This document shows positions 8,842 to 18,730 of a DNA stretch of 64,000 nucleotides, piece by piece. The position numbers and the translations under genes are program-made. The DNA is from Candidatus Humicultor tengchongensis (GTDB lineage: Bacteria > Sysuimicrobiota > Sysuimicrobiia > Sysuimicrobiales > Humicultoraceae): assembly GCA_031459715.1 (NCBI GenBank), contig JAVKIA010000008.1, forward strand, positions 5,186-69,185, written 5' to 3'. Under the pieces are notes generated by a model. The model saw only the letters and a program-made list of their open reading frames with translations, did no database searches and was not told the DNA's origin. How positions within the stretch are numbered: position 1 is the first letter of the stretch; every line of letters begins with the position of its first letter.

Positions 8842-9272
8842 GAGATGCCTCCGGCGGGGTTCACCGAGACGGAGCCACTCCCGGTGCTGTTCTGCACGAC
8901 GACGGTGTAGGCGGTCGGCTGGCCCATCGCATCCACCGGGCGGCCGAAGGCGTCGAAGGTCACGGTCTGCGCGGCGGTTACCGTCACCCCGGAGGGGAGG
9001 GCGGCGTTCTCCACAAACCCTCCGCCGCTGCGGGCGATGAGGTAGGCGGAGGATCCTCCGGCGAAGGTCACGGTGTACGTCGCCCGCTCCGCCTTCGCCC
9101 GCTCCTGGGCCTGGCGCAGATCGGTGGCCACCTGGACGGTGCCGTAGCGCAGGCGTTGCTTCGCGGTGTAGCCCCGCCACCCGGTGAATGCCAGCGCCAG
9201 GAGCACGGCGGCCAGCCCCAGCGCCACGGCCAGTTCCAGGAGGCTGAACCCGCAGGCGCCGACTCGCTTCAC
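8826..9272 (-). CDS. FimT/GspH-like minor pseudopilin (set B)
   Basis: MKRVGACG|FSLLELAVALGLAAVLLALA is a prepilin motif. A GspH-like C-terminal beta domain follows. Confidence 0.8.
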   Translation of the reverse strand: MKRVGACGFSLLELAVALGLAAVLLALAFTGWRGYTAKQRLRYGTVQVATDLRQAQERAKAERATYTVTFAGGSSAYLIARSGGGFVENAALPSGVTVTAAQTVTFDAFGRPVDAMGQPTAYTVVVQNSTGSGSVSVNPAGGISYQAP

Positions 9273-11461
9273 GGGACTCCCTCGCGCCAGGTGGGCTTGA
9301 CCCCGGCGAGGTTGTTCGCATCCACGCGAAACAGGCTCGCCGTGGGGAAGTACGGCGGGGAGAAGCCGCGGGCCATCCTGCGGTCGTAGCGGAAGTCCCG
9401 CCCGTACCCACTGCGCGGCGCCCCCGTGCGGGCGTCAAAGGTGCCGAATGCCCCGTAGTACTCTTCAATGATCCCACCCAGTAGGTGTACCTGCCCCTGC
9501 ACCCGACGGGTGCTGTAGTTCTGGACGAACACGGCGCTGTTGTGGCCGTCGTCGACACCTGGCTCCCCGGCCATAAGCACGGCATGAATAACCAGATCGT
9601 CAGGGGATCCCACAGGGATCCGGATGTCATGGTTAGCTGAAAACAGCCCGAGCACGTTCAGCGGGTTGCTGTTGGGGTCGGCCGGGTCGGGAGGGCGCTC
9701 GTACCTCAGGTGGCCCGTGATGTCGATTCTCCCGTAGGGACACGGCCGCCGGCGAGGATAGCAGCCGGTCACTATGGTGGCCTGCTCCTTCTCCTCGAGA
9801 GTGCCGCCAAGAGCGCGGAGGTCTCCCTCCACGTAGACGAGCATGGCGTTCGAGGGATTGGGATCGACCTGGTAGCCCTTGGGCACGCCTCTGAAGGTGC
9901 GGGTCTGGGGGGAGGGCCAGGCGGTGTCGTTCACCGTCGTCGTCTGCGCCGCGCGGTCCACGATCACGGTGACCGTCCTCCCGCCCTGCACGAACCGGTA
10001 GAGGGCGCACCCATCCCTCGCGGTGCAGCCGGGCGACCCGGCGGTGACGGTGTTCAGGGTCAGGCTGTCCAGGTTCCCCTGCACCAGGATCGCGCCAGCC
10101 AGTGGCTCGTTGGGATCGGACCGACGGTTCCCGTTGTCATCCCGCACCGGGATGTAGATGCCCGGGGGAACGTCGTCGTCACCATCGTCGAGCTCGGGGA
10201 TGACCCGGCGGATGCGTTCGTTCCACTCCTCCTGGTCCCATCCAGTCGGCCCAGCCATGTCGCCCGGATCGTGCCCGATGGCGATGGCCTTCTGGTTGAA
10301 CGTAAAGCGAGGCACGACCACAACCGGATCGACTCCACGTTGAAAGTTTGCCGGGGGATTGTCCTGGTCGTCCGCAGGCGTGCCGTCGGGTTTCAACGGC
10401 GCGTCGATGCGCCGTCCCCGGGCATCCACGTTCTCGTAGGGGCCAGGGGCACACAGCCTCAGGTTGCTACCGGTGTTGTTGTACAGGGCGCATGGGCTGA
10501 CGCTGGTAACCTGATCGGTGAACTTCGGGAAGAATGCAAAGCGAAATTCGTTGTCTGTTCCGCTCCCGTTGGTGTGCACGGGGCCGTCGAAGGTGGTCCT
10601 GCTGGTGAACCAGATGGGCGTCCCCAGGGGGCCGCCATCGCCGCCGGGCATGGTGTGGGCGTGGGTGAAGAGCGCGTACTTGGCAAAGTTCTCCCTGCGC
10701 ACGGTGATGCTGAACCGACCCGCAAGGGTCACGCGACGCCGAAACTGCGAGGCGGCCTGGCCATCGCTGAAGACGCGGTACTCGAAGAAGAACTCGTACT
10801 CCTCCTGACCGGCCTCGGGACTGAGCTGGTGGACGAAGCACGGCTCCCCGGGAGGATCAACCTCTCCGGAGCAGGTCCACTTGCCGTCCCTGCGTCGGCG
10901 TGAGTTCTCTGCCACGGGCAGAAGCAGGACGGTAGCGCGGTAGCTTCCGGCACCCAGAGGATTCGCCGGGGGAGAGGCCACGCGCTGCGGGTCGGCCGGG
11001 GGCGCTCCTGACCCGGTCTGCGGAGGCATCCGCAGCTTCAGATGCGGGGTGGCCAGCCCCCAGTCCAGAGGGAAGACCGCCCAGTCGGTGTCGCTGGTAG
11101 CGGGCACGTCCAGCCGCTGCCCATCAACGATGAGGAAGCTCAGGATCCGCAGAGGGTTCTGGTCGCCCGGCCTGCCCCCTGCCCACAGGGTCTCCAGTAC
11201 GGGTCCGTTCAGGGAGGTGTCAACCCGCACGGTAGGGGTGGCTGCACCGGTGTTCATCACCGCCATGAGGGCCGACCGGGCGGCGTAGGCGCCGCCCTCG
11301 GCGATGGTCATCGCCTCCGCTCCTCTGGCCCGCAGCGCGCTCAGCCCGACTTCCTTTCCGCTGAGGTACAGCACCAGCGCGCTGAGCACGGTGAGCACGA
11401 ACACGACCGCCAGCACCCCCACCAGTGCCAGCCCTGCCTGGTTCTCCCCGCGTCTGGCCAT
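9269..11461 (-). CDS. Large (730 aa) PilX-N-domain pilus-associated protein, candidate tip/adhesin subunit (set B)
   Basis: MARRGENQAGLALVGVLAVVFVLTVLSALVLYLSGKEVGLSALRARGAEAMTIAEGGAY is a PilX-like N-terminus. GGAGGG lies 6 nt before the ATG. About 650 aa of unassigned beta-rich sequence follow. Confidence 0.7.
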   Translation of the reverse strand: MARRGENQAGLALVGVLAVVFVLTVLSALVLYLSGKEVGLSALRARGAEAMTIAEGGAYAARSALMAVMNTGAATPTVRVDTSLNGPVLETLWAGGRPGDQNPLRILSFLIVDGQRLDVPATSDTDWAVFPLDWGLATPHLKLRMPPQTGSGAPPADPQRVASPPANPLGAGSYRATVLLLPVAENSRRRRDGKWTCSGEVDPPGEPCFVHQLSPEAGQEEYEFFFEYRVFSDGQAASQFRRRVTLAGRFSITVRRENFAKYALFTHAHTMPGGDGGPLGTPIWFTSRTTFDGPVHTNGSGTDNEFRFAFFPKFTDQVTSVSPCALYNNTGSNLRLCAPGPYENVDARGRRIDAPLKPDGTPADDQDNPPANFQRGVDPVVVVPRFTFNQKAIAIGHDPGDMAGPTGWDQEEWNERIRRVIPELDDGDDDVPPGIYIPVRDDNGNRRSDPNEPLAGAILVQGNLDSLTLNTVTAGSPGCTARDGCALYRFVQGGRTVTVIVDRAAQTTTVNDTAWPSPQTRTFRGVPKGYQVDPNPSNAMLVYVEGDLRALGGTLEEKEQATIVTGCYPRRRPCPYGRIDITGHLRYERPPDPADPNSNPLNVLGLFSANHDIRIPVGSPDDLVIHAVLMAGEPGVDDGHNSAVFVQNYSTRRVQGQVHLLGGIIEEYYGAFGTFDARTGAPRSGYGRDFRYDRRMARGFSPPYFPTASLFRVDANNLAGVKPTWREGVP

Positions 11462-11499
11462 CGGCTGCCCTCCGCTTATGGTACCGGTGAGGACGTCGG

Positions 11500-12087
11500 T
11501 TAGGGCGTGGGAGGCGGGTACGCCCGCAGGGCGGCGTCCGCGGCAAAGGTCCGGCTGACGTCGCCCACAGTGGTGACCACGGTCACCCGGACGCGGGCTA
11601 TGGCCGAGAGGTCCGCGGGCGCTGAGCCCAGGGAAGCGCCTCCAGCCGTAAAGTACTCGAAGACCACCCCCGCACCGCCGTCTTCACGGACGATGTTGAA
11701 CGCCAGAACCTCCGCCGGTGCCGCACCCACCCGCCGGGTGAGCGTGCCCGCGGCAGAGTCGTAGGAGAAGGTCACCGCATAAGGGCCGGGAGAGAACAGG
11801 GTGTCCCCGGGGACGGACAACGTAACTGCGTCCGGCCCCGCCGCAGTCACCGCCTGGGCCCACCGCGCCTCGGCCACAACGCTGTCGATGGCCGCCCGCA
11901 CCTGGGCCTGGGCCTGGAGGAAGTCGTTGGTCACTTTGGCCGAGCGCCCTCCCGCCACGACGAGTGCGTATATTCCTCCCAGGGCCAGCGCCAGCAGCGC
12001 CAGGGCCATCACCAGCTCCACCAGGGAGAAGCCCTCCGCCAGGTGGATCCGATCGCGACGCCGCGGGTGGACTCCGTCAGCTGTCAT
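11500..12087 (-). CDS. PilW-like prepilin-type minor pilin (set B)
   Basis: ...IHLAEG|FSLVELVMALALLALALGGIYALV is a prepilin motif. It overlaps the upstream gene by 11 nt. Confidence 0.78.
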   Translation of the reverse strand: MTADGVHPRRRDRIHLAEGFSLVELVMALALLALALGGIYALVVAGGRSAKVTNDFLQAQAQVRAAIDSVVAEARWAQAVTAAGPDAVTLSVPGDTLFSPGPYAVTFSYDSAAGTLTRRVGAAPAEVLAFNIVREDGGAGVVFEYFTAGGASLGSAPADLSAIARVRVTVVTTVGDVSRTFAADAALRAYPPPTP

Positions 12088-12535
12088 CGAGGATCGTCGT
12101 CAGGGTCACCAGGGGGGAGCTTTCGGAGTCCCCGGGCCGGTAGACCCGTACCGTAACGGTGGTCAGGGTAAGCGCGTCGTCCAGATCCACATCCACCGCC
12201 ACCTGGAAGACGTGCGGTGTGGGGTTGACCACTCCGTCGTAGGGGCTGGGCAAGGGCAACGACGTCCGGGGCAGGCCGGTGAACCCGACCATCGTGTAGG
12301 GGTTGGCGCTGGCCCGGATCTGTTCCATCACCTGCATACCCAGGGTGGTGGCCGCAGCGCGCTCGTTGGACCGCCCCGCGTGGGCCATCCCGGCGATGAA
12401 CGCGCGCAGGATGAAAAGGGAGACCAGGGCCAGGAGCGATAAGGCCACGAGGAGCTCGACGAAGGAGAAGCCGATATGCGCGGTCGGCCGTCTTGATCCG
12501 CTCCTGCCCTCTCTCGCCAGGCCATCACTCACCAT
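12077..12535 (-). CDS. PilV-like prepilin-type minor pilin (set B)
   Basis: ...RRPTAHIG|FSFVELLVALSLLALVSLFIL is a prepilin motif. The start is uncertain (ATG 12535, or TTG 12565 as in the track). Confidence 0.75.
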   Translation of the reverse strand: MVSDGLAREGRSGSRRPTAHIGFSFVELLVALSLLALVSLFILRAFIAGMAHAGRSNERAAATTLGMQVMEQIRASANPYTMVGFTGLPRTSLPLPSPYDGVVNPTPHVFQVAVDVDLDDALTLTTVTVRVYRPGDSESSPLVTLTTILDDS

Positions 12536-12783
12536 ACAGGGTGCGGGGAAATTCCACGGTGACAAAGCAAAACCCTCTCCGTGGCACCGCGCGGAAAACT
12601 GCCCTGTCTGTGCTCCGGGGACGCTTCGTCTGATCCGAGTTGCAGGTCTTTGCCATGCTTATCTCGGCTGCACAGGGGAGGGCAGGAAAATCCGTCAGGC
12701 GACAGGTCACCCCTCTGTCAGGCTGGATGGCTGTTCGTCGTTCGATTGGGGGAGCAACCTGTGGAGGTATCCGCCGACGCGCG

Positions 12784-13551
12784 CTATCCGCCCCCGGGGA
12801 GGCGGCGAAGGCGCCGCCACAGAAGGCGACACCACAGGCGGACCAGCTCAATGCAGGCGCGCAGCAGGACGCGCAGGCTTCCCCCGGTCTGCTGTCCCCA
12901 CCGCCGCGGCAGGTGCGTCACCGCCACCTCCACCATGACCGCCCCAAGGCGGCGCGCCTGCGCCAGCAGCTCCGCGCTGATCACTGCCCCGTGTGCCTGC
13001 AGGTCCAGGGCCTGCACCAGCGACCGCCGCATCAACTTGAACCCACAGTTGGTGTCGCGCACCACCACTCCCAGCAGCGCCCACACCAACACCCGCCAGA
13101 CCGCCGCGAAGAGGCGCCGTGGCGCCGGGTCGGCGCGCGACCGCCGGTAGCCCAGCACCAGGTCGGCGCCCGCCGCCGCCTCCACCAGCCGCGGCAGCTC
13201 TTCAGGGAGGAACTGCCCGTCGGCGTCCAGCAGGAGGATCCACTGGTGCCGCGCCGCCGCAAACCCGGTGCGCAGGGCCGCGCCGTATCCCCGGTTGCGC
13301 GCATGGCGCAGCAGCCGCAGGGACGGCACCTCCTCCCCCAGGCGGCGGGCCACTTCCGCGGTCCGGTCGGTTGAGCCGTCGTCGACCACCAGGATCTCGT
13401 AGTCCGCAGCGACGCCGCTGAGTACGGGAACCAGCGCGCGCACCGTGCGCTCCAGGTTGGCCTCTTCATTGAACGTCGGTAGCACTGCGCTGATGGTGGG
13501 ACGGCCGACGCATGGGGCAGGGGGCTCGCTTACAGCCACGTGCCCAGCCAC
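12784..13551 (-). CDS. GT2 glycosyltransferase, polyprenol-phosphate mannose/glucose synthase-like (Dpm1/GtrB type)
   Basis: ISAVLPTFNEEANL...YEILVVDDGSTDRT...NRGYGAALRTG...LLLDADGQ are classic GT-A/GT2 motifs (DDGS, DxD). Confidence 0.85.
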   Translation of the reverse strand: MAGHVAVSEPPAPCVGRPTISAVLPTFNEEANLERTVRALVPVLSGVAADYEILVVDDGSTDRTAEVARRLGEEVPSLRLLRHARNRGYGAALRTGFAAARHQWILLLDADGQFLPEELPRLVEAAAGADLVLGYRRSRADPAPRRLFAAVWRVLVWALLGVVVRDTNCGFKLMRRSLVQALDLQAHGAVISAELLAQARRLGAVMVEVAVTHLPRRWGQQTGGSLRVLLRACIELVRLWCRLLWRRLRRLPGGG

Positions 13552-14735
13552 ATCAGGCGGTAGAAGCGCCCCGGGGCCAGGGGCAGCGCTGCCAGGACCG
13601 GGTAGTAGGCAGCAAACCAGGCCACAGCCACCCCCAGGTACAGGAGCGGCACTGCTGGACCCAGGGTGACCCGCAGGCGGGCCAGCACGGCGGCGGTGGC
13701 CATGACCATGAACGGCAGGGCGGGCAGCATGTGGTAGAGGAAGAGCGCCCGGCCGATGAAGGCGTAGGGCAGGTAGCTACCCAGGAAGCCGACGACGATA
13801 AACACCGCGCCGGGGTCCCGCGTCCGCACCGCGTGCCAGGCCACGAAGACGAGGGCGCCCAGGCTGAACCACCACAGGGCGGGGTTGCCGATGGCGACCA
13901 CGCCACGGTAGACGCCGGGGGGCGCCTCGACGAACTCATACCAGATGGGGCGCAACAGCAGCGGCCAGGACCACCACTGAGACTGGTAGGGGTGCGTGGC
14001 CGTCAGGCCGGCGTGGAAGCGAAACATGAAGACATGGAACTGAACCAGGTCGCGGGGCGAATGGCCCAGCAGGTACGGCGTCCACGCCGCCAGGTACACG
14101 GCGGCCGGGACCACCGTGTAGGCGACGACCAGGTGCAGCCAGTGGCGGCGCCTAGGAACGGTCCAGCGGTCCTGCCCCAGCAGGATGACCAGGTAGATGG
14201 GGATGGCCGCCAGCGGGGCCAGGCCGGTCCACTTGGTGGCCACCGCCATCCCCGCCGCCAGCCCGGAGAGGTAAGCCCATCCCGGCCGGCCACGCCGCAG
14301 GTAGCGCCAGAAGGCCCAGTAGCTGGTCACCAGGAACAGCGCCAGGAAGATGTCCGGTTTGGCGATGCGGCTCTCCACAAAGGCCAGCCCGTCCACCGCC
14401 AGGAGCAGCGCCCCTGCCAGGGTGGCGAAAGGCACCCGCAGCACCTCGGCGATAAGCAGGGCGCAGAGCAGAACCAGTAGCCCGCCGGCCAGGGCGCCGG
14501 CGAGGCGCCAGCCGAGGGGCCGGTCGCCGGCAGAGCGGATGCCCAGGGCGATGATCAGCTTGGACAGCGGCGGGTGGGTGATCTCCTCGGTGACCTCCTG
14601 CCCGTGCAGGTACTGCCTGGCGGCCTTGGCGTAGTAGATCTCGTCGAAGACCATGCGCGAGGGGACGTCCAGCCGGCCGACCCGCAGGGCGGAGGCGGCG
14701 ATCACCAGGAGGACCAGCAGCGCGGTGTGCCGCAC
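13530..14735 (-). CDS. GT-C family 39-like protein O-mannosyltransferase (PMT type)
   Basis: PSRMVFDEIYYAKAARQY carries the loop-1 DE motif of PMT/ArnT enzymes, followed by HPPLSKLIIALG and many TM helices. The start is GTG at 14735. Confidence 0.8.
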   Translation of the reverse strand: MRHTALLVLLVIAASALRVGRLDVPSRMVFDEIYYAKAARQYLHGQEVTEEITHPPLSKLIIALGIRSAGDRPLGWRLAGALAGGLLVLLCALLIAEVLRVPFATLAGALLLAVDGLAFVESRIAKPDIFLALFLVTSYWAFWRYLRRGRPGWAYLSGLAAGMAVATKWTGLAPLAAIPIYLVILLGQDRWTVPRRRHWLHLVVAYTVVPAAVYLAAWTPYLLGHSPRDLVQFHVFMFRFHAGLTATHPYQSQWWSWPLLLRPIWYEFVEAPPGVYRGVVAIGNPALWWFSLGALVFVAWHAVRTRDPGAVFIVVGFLGSYLPYAFIGRALFLYHMLPALPFMVMATAAVLARLRVTLGPAVPLLYLGVAVAWFAAYYPVLAALPLAPGRFYRLMWLGTWL

Positions 14736-14736
14736 G

Positions 14737-17013
14737 TCAGCGGATCTTCATCCGGGGTGGCTGCGGGCCTTGGAAAAGCGGGCGGCTGTCAGGGTCGACA
14801 TCCCGGCAGATTATACCCACCCGGAGAGCCGCCCGCACCCGCGCCACCATCTCCTCAAGCGCTGCCGCGTCGGTCACGCGCCCATCGGGCCCAAACAGCG
14901 CCGCCTCTACCACCGTGGTCAACACCTGGACCTCCGGTCCGCCGACCATAGGAGCCACGCGTGCGGCAAACTCCCGGGGGGTCTCAGCCGCCCTCCGGCG
15001 TAGTCCGCGTCGGGCCAGCAGGCCAAGCATCTGCCCGTATGCCCTCAGGACAGGATCCGCTGGCTCCGGGCCGGCCCCGCGTCGGGCGCGCACCGCTAGC
15101 AGCGCCACCGCTGCGGCGACACCAGCCACGGCCATCCGGGAGAGCGCCCGCCCCGCGGACGGGAACACGGTAGCCGCCCACCCCGGCGGGGTGACCGCGG
15201 CCAGGCGGGCGCTGAGGTAGCGGGCGAACCCCTCCCACCCCCAGCGCGGTACCGCAGGGTCGCCCAGTGTCGCCGGGTCGGGGAAGCTGGGCGTGGGCTC
15301 GAACTCCACCCACCCGACGTCGGGGAAGAACACCTCCACCCAGGCATGGGCATCGCTGTTGCGTACCTCCAGCAGGCCGGTAAAGGGGTGGAGGGTCCCG
15401 GGCGTGTAGCCGGTGACCAGTCGGGCGGGGATGCCCACGGCGCGCAACAGCACCGCCATGGCGCTGGCAAACTGCTCGCAGTACCCGCGGCGCTCCTCGA
15501 AGAGGAAGTAGTCTACCGCATCACCGGGACGGCGCTGCGGGCCGATGGTCAGGTCGTAGCGGTACTCCCTCCACAGGTACCGGTTCACTGCCACCACGGC
15601 GTCGTAGGGGGTGGCCGCCTCTGCGGTGACCGCACGGGCCAGGGCGACCACCCGAGCCGGCAGGGTCGGGGGAAGCTGCAGGTAGCGCTCCAGAATGAGC
15701 GGCGGGTACCGGACTCCGGCCTGCCGCAATTGCTCGGGTGTAGCCTCCAGAGGGCGGGAGACCACCGTGTAGATCATGCCGCGGTCCAGGGTGAAGGGCA
15801 GCCGCACGTTGCTGTAGCGGTCCACATAGACGCGGCCCCCTGGCAGGTAGATCTGCTCCACCTGCGGCACGGCGAAGGCCACGTTAGGCTGCTCCTGCTG
15901 GATGTAGAACGTCTGCACCAGGCGGCGGGAGCGGCCTCGGTAGGCGTAGATGTCGTCCTGACCGTGGGTGAGGTTGATGGGGGGCACGGCGGCGGAGTGC
16001 TGGCGGACGCGGTGGTCGTGGATACGCCAGCCGGTCCCGGTGTAGACGTCGAAAACCAGCCCCCGCCAGTTTCGCCGCTCCGCGGTGCGCACGCGCAGCA
16101 CCACCTGCTCGTTCAGCCGGCCGCGGAGGCGCAGGTCCACGCTGGGCCCGAACCCAAAGTAGCCCCGGGGGTTGAAAACCTGAGTGCCCTCGTCGTTCCC
16201 CGCCGGGTAGGCGGGGTTGACGATGCTCCCCTGCAGGCGGTCGCCGATGGGGACGGTGGGCGTAAACGGGAGCGCGGTGATGAACAGGCCGGGGAACCGC
16301 GGGGTCAGGAGGAAGACCACCCCGGCGACGGCGAGCAGCGCACCGAGCTGTCCCACGGCCAGGGGGACGACCTCCCCCCGCGCCAGCGGCAAGCGCGGCG
16401 AGGCCGGAGGTCTGTCCCCCTGTCCCCGGCCGGATGCCGGGCCCGCTGCAACCCCGCCGGCAGCAGCCAGACCGGCTTCGACTGTGTTGTAGACCAGGGC
16501 CACCGTGGCAGCCAGCGCGTAGGGGACCAGGAACAGGCCGAAGGTGACATCCACGCTGAAGGCCGCCGCCACCGCCATCAGCACCACCGAGGTGAGCAAA
16601 CTGAAGAGCAGGTCGCGGCGGCGTGGCAGGTCGAAGCTGTGCAGGGTCTGCAGCCAGAGCAGGAAGACGGTGAGCGGGATGCTGGTATGGTAGGGGTCCT
16701 GAGCGAGCGCCCGGAGGAAGGCCCCCGCCGCGGCCAGACATCCTGCGGTGAGGGCCAGCTTCACCCAGGTGTTGCGGCGCCGGCGACGGGTCCATGAGAA
16801 CAGGAACCCCAGGACAACCAGCGCGGCGATCTGGTAGCGCAGGGGGCCGAAGTCCTCGTGCGCGGTGATGGCAAAGACGCTGACCACTACCGCCAGCGCA
16901 GTCCAGGCGCGCAGCGCCGGTGAGCCTTCGTCCCCGATGCCGTGGGGGGATGCGCCGCGCCGCAGGCGCGTTATCAGACCCACCCCTGGCAGGCGCACAA
17001 TCAGCGGGCGCAC
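14737..17013 (-). CDS. Transglutaminase-like membrane protein (TgpA type)
   Basis: N-terminal multi-TM region plus a Cys-His-Asp core (RRGYCEQFASAMAVLLRAVGIPARLVTGY...SDAHAWVEVFFPDVGWVEFEPTP). GTG at 17013 follows GGAGG by 5 nt and overlaps the DUF58 stop. The track's start at 17235 is rejected. Confidence 0.8.
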   Translation of the reverse strand: MRPLIVRLPGVGLITRLRRGASPHGIGDEGSPALRAWTALAVVVSVFAITAHEDFGPLRYQIAALVVLGFLFSWTRRRRRNTWVKLALTAGCLAAAGAFLRALAQDPYHTSIPLTVFLLWLQTLHSFDLPRRRDLLFSLLTSVVLMAVAAAFSVDVTFGLFLVPYALAATVALVYNTVEAGLAAAGGVAAGPASGRGQGDRPPASPRLPLARGEVVPLAVGQLGALLAVAGVVFLLTPRFPGLFITALPFTPTVPIGDRLQGSIVNPAYPAGNDEGTQVFNPRGYFGFGPSVDLRLRGRLNEQVVLRVRTAERRNWRGLVFDVYTGTGWRIHDHRVRQHSAAVPPINLTHGQDDIYAYRGRSRRLVQTFYIQQEQPNVAFAVPQVEQIYLPGGRVYVDRYSNVRLPFTLDRGMIYTVVSRPLEATPEQLRQAGVRYPPLILERYLQLPPTLPARVVALARAVTAEAATPYDAVVAVNRYLWREYRYDLTIGPQRRPGDAVDYFLFEERRGYCEQFASAMAVLLRAVGIPARLVTGYTPGTLHPFTGLLEVRNSDAHAWVEVFFPDVGWVEFEPTPSFPDPATLGDPAVPRWGWEGFARYLSARLAAVTPPGWAATVFPSAGRALSRMAVAGVAAAVALLAVRARRGAGPEPADPVLRAYGQMLGLLARRGLRRRAAETPREFAARVAPMVGGPEVQVLTTVVEAALFGPDGRVTDAAALEEMVARVRAALRVGIICRDVDPDSRPLFQGPQPPRMKIR

Positions 17014-18158
17014 CGGACCCCTCCATCCCGATCGAACTCCCAGCCGGCCGCAGACCCCGCAGGAGCCACCAGCACCACCGGAGCTATCGGCGGCGCGGGA
17101 AGCTGCGAGGGACCCGACGGGCCGCTCGCAGCGATCAGCCGTGCGCTTCCGGCGGGGGAGGGGGTGTTTATACCAGCCGGTAGGGTGCTTGTGGCGGTCG
17201 GGAGGCTGGTTACGGCGACAGGTGCACTCCCGCACAGCCGCGGGCTGATCCGGGCCAGAGCCTGAGCCAGCGTCGGACCGTCAGCGCGCAGCCGGGCCAG
17301 GGCATCCCAGATCTGCTCCCAGGGGCCACAGATGGCGGCCGGGCCGTCCTGTCCGCACCACAGCAGGGTCACACGCCAGTCGCGGCGCAGGGCGGTCCAG
17401 GCGATGGAGGCGGCGGCCCGCGCCGCAGCGTCCAGGTCCGCCTCGGCCTGCCTGCGGTCCGTGTCCACGACAATCGCCACCTCGGGAGCCTGCGGGGCGG
17501 CAAACTCCTTGACCAGCAGCCGGCGGTGCCGGGCCGAAGAGCGCCAGTGAATGTGGCGCGCCGGGTCGCCTGACTGGTACTCCCGGATGCCGAAGAGCTC
17601 CTCGCCGCGGCGGCGCTGCGGGTCCTGCGGCCCTCCATCCGCGCAGAGGCCCACCGGCAGGTGACTCAGCCCCTGATAGCGGGGGCGGACCACCACCTCG
17701 GCCCGCCCGGGGAGCTCCCGCTCCGCGCGGAACATGCCCAGCAGGCCCAGGGAGATGACCCGGAGCTTCAACGGATAGACGCCGCGCGTTGGGGCGGGCA
17801 GGCGGATGGAGGAGTGCTCCCCGGTTCCGGTTCTCATCACCGGGAAGAAGACCTCGCCCCGCCGCCCGCCGGCCGCTGCCGCCAGGCGGAGGAAGCGGAC
17901 CGACCGGTCGGCGCGCACCCGGAGCAGCAGCGTGACCGTCCCCTCCTCCACCGCAGGAGAGGCGACCGCTTCCTCCACCCGAATTGCCCGCGTGCCCACA
18001 AGGGCAGTCGCCGCGCCCACCACCACTACCGCCACCAGGAACGCGGTCAAAAAGAAGAGCCAACCCGCCATCAGGTTGGTGGCCAGCAGGAAGAAGAACC
18101 CGCTGAGGGTCAGGGCGGCCGCGCCCTCAGGTGTCGGCCGCAACGACGGCACCCGCAT
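17001..18158 (-). CDS. DUF58 family protein (MoxR-associated)
   Basis: GEELFGIREYQSGDPARHIHWRSSARHRRLLVKEFAAPQAPEVAIVVD is the DUF58 signature. ATG at 18158 follows GAAGGGGTG. Confidence 0.85.
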   Translation of the reverse strand: MRVPSLRPTPEGAAALTLSGFFFLLATNLMAGWLFFLTAFLVAVVVVGAATALVGTRAIRVEEAVASPAVEEGTVTLLLRVRADRSVRFLRLAAAAGGRRGEVFFPVMRTGTGEHSSIRLPAPTRGVYPLKLRVISLGLLGMFRAERELPGRAEVVVRPRYQGLSHLPVGLCADGGPQDPQRRRGEELFGIREYQSGDPARHIHWRSSARHRRLLVKEFAAPQAPEVAIVVDTDRRQAEADLDAAARAAASIAWTALRRDWRVTLLWCGQDGPAAICGPWEQIWDALARLRADGPTLAQALARISPRLCGSAPVAVTSLPTATSTLPAGINTPSPAGSARLIAASGPSGPSQLPAPPIAPVVLVAPAGSAAGWEFDRDGGVRCAR

Positions 18159-18310
18159 CCGGCACCCCTTCAATGCTACATCCACCGAAAATATACCCAC
18201 ACAGGCGACGGCGGCCCCAGGTGCCGCACGGACGGACCTGAGAATCACTTCTTGAGAGCTTGAAGTGGCCTGGCGAGGCCCATGCGTGCTAGCATAGCCG
18301 GGGTGGTCTG

Positions 18311-18730
18311 ATGGAGATCAGCCCTGAGCAGGCTTGCGAGCTGAGACGCGTCGCCGAGCGGCATGGGCTGCGGTTGATCGTGGCCTTTGGGTCCCGCGCG
18401 ACAGGTCGAGCCCACGCGGGCAGCGATCTCGACCTCGCCGTCCTGCCGAGGCCGGGGAAGAGGATCTCCATGCGCGCATTCGGCGAGCTGGCCGCGGATC
18501 TCTCGCGGGTGTTTCCACAGGTCGAAGTCGACCTCTCGCTCATCCCGTATGCCGACGCGCTGTTCCTGAAGAAGATCTTCGAGACGGCGGTGCTGCTCTT
18601 CGGCGAGGAGACCGACTTCCGTCGCTACCGCGTTTACGCCTTCCGCCGCTTCAGTGAATACCAGCCCTACCTCCAGCGGGAGGCGCAGGCGGCCAGGGCG
18701 CTCATCCACCGGCTCCGCCATGCCGGTTGA
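18311..18730 (+). CDS. mntA: Nucleotidyltransferase-domain antitoxin (MntA-like, type VII TA)
   Basis: VAFGSRATGRAHAGSDLDLAV matches the GSx(n)SDxDL minimal nucleotidyltransferase motif. It overlaps the HEPN gene by 11 nt. Confidence 0.8.
   Translation: MEISPEQACELRRVAERHGLRLIVAFGSRATGRAHAGSDLDLAVLPRPGKRISMRAFGELAADLSRVFPQVEVDLSLIPYADALFLKKIFETAVLLFGEETDFRRYRVYAFRRFSEYQPYLQREAQAARALIHRLRHAG

Noticed and set aside
12641-12655. Sigma-54-like element TGGCAaagacCTGCA (minus strand) upstream of minor-pilin set B.
   Set aside because: The GG-to-GC spacing is one nucleotide shorter than the canonical -24/-12 (TGGCAC-N5-TTGC). No sigma-54 activator (EBP) gene is present in the window.
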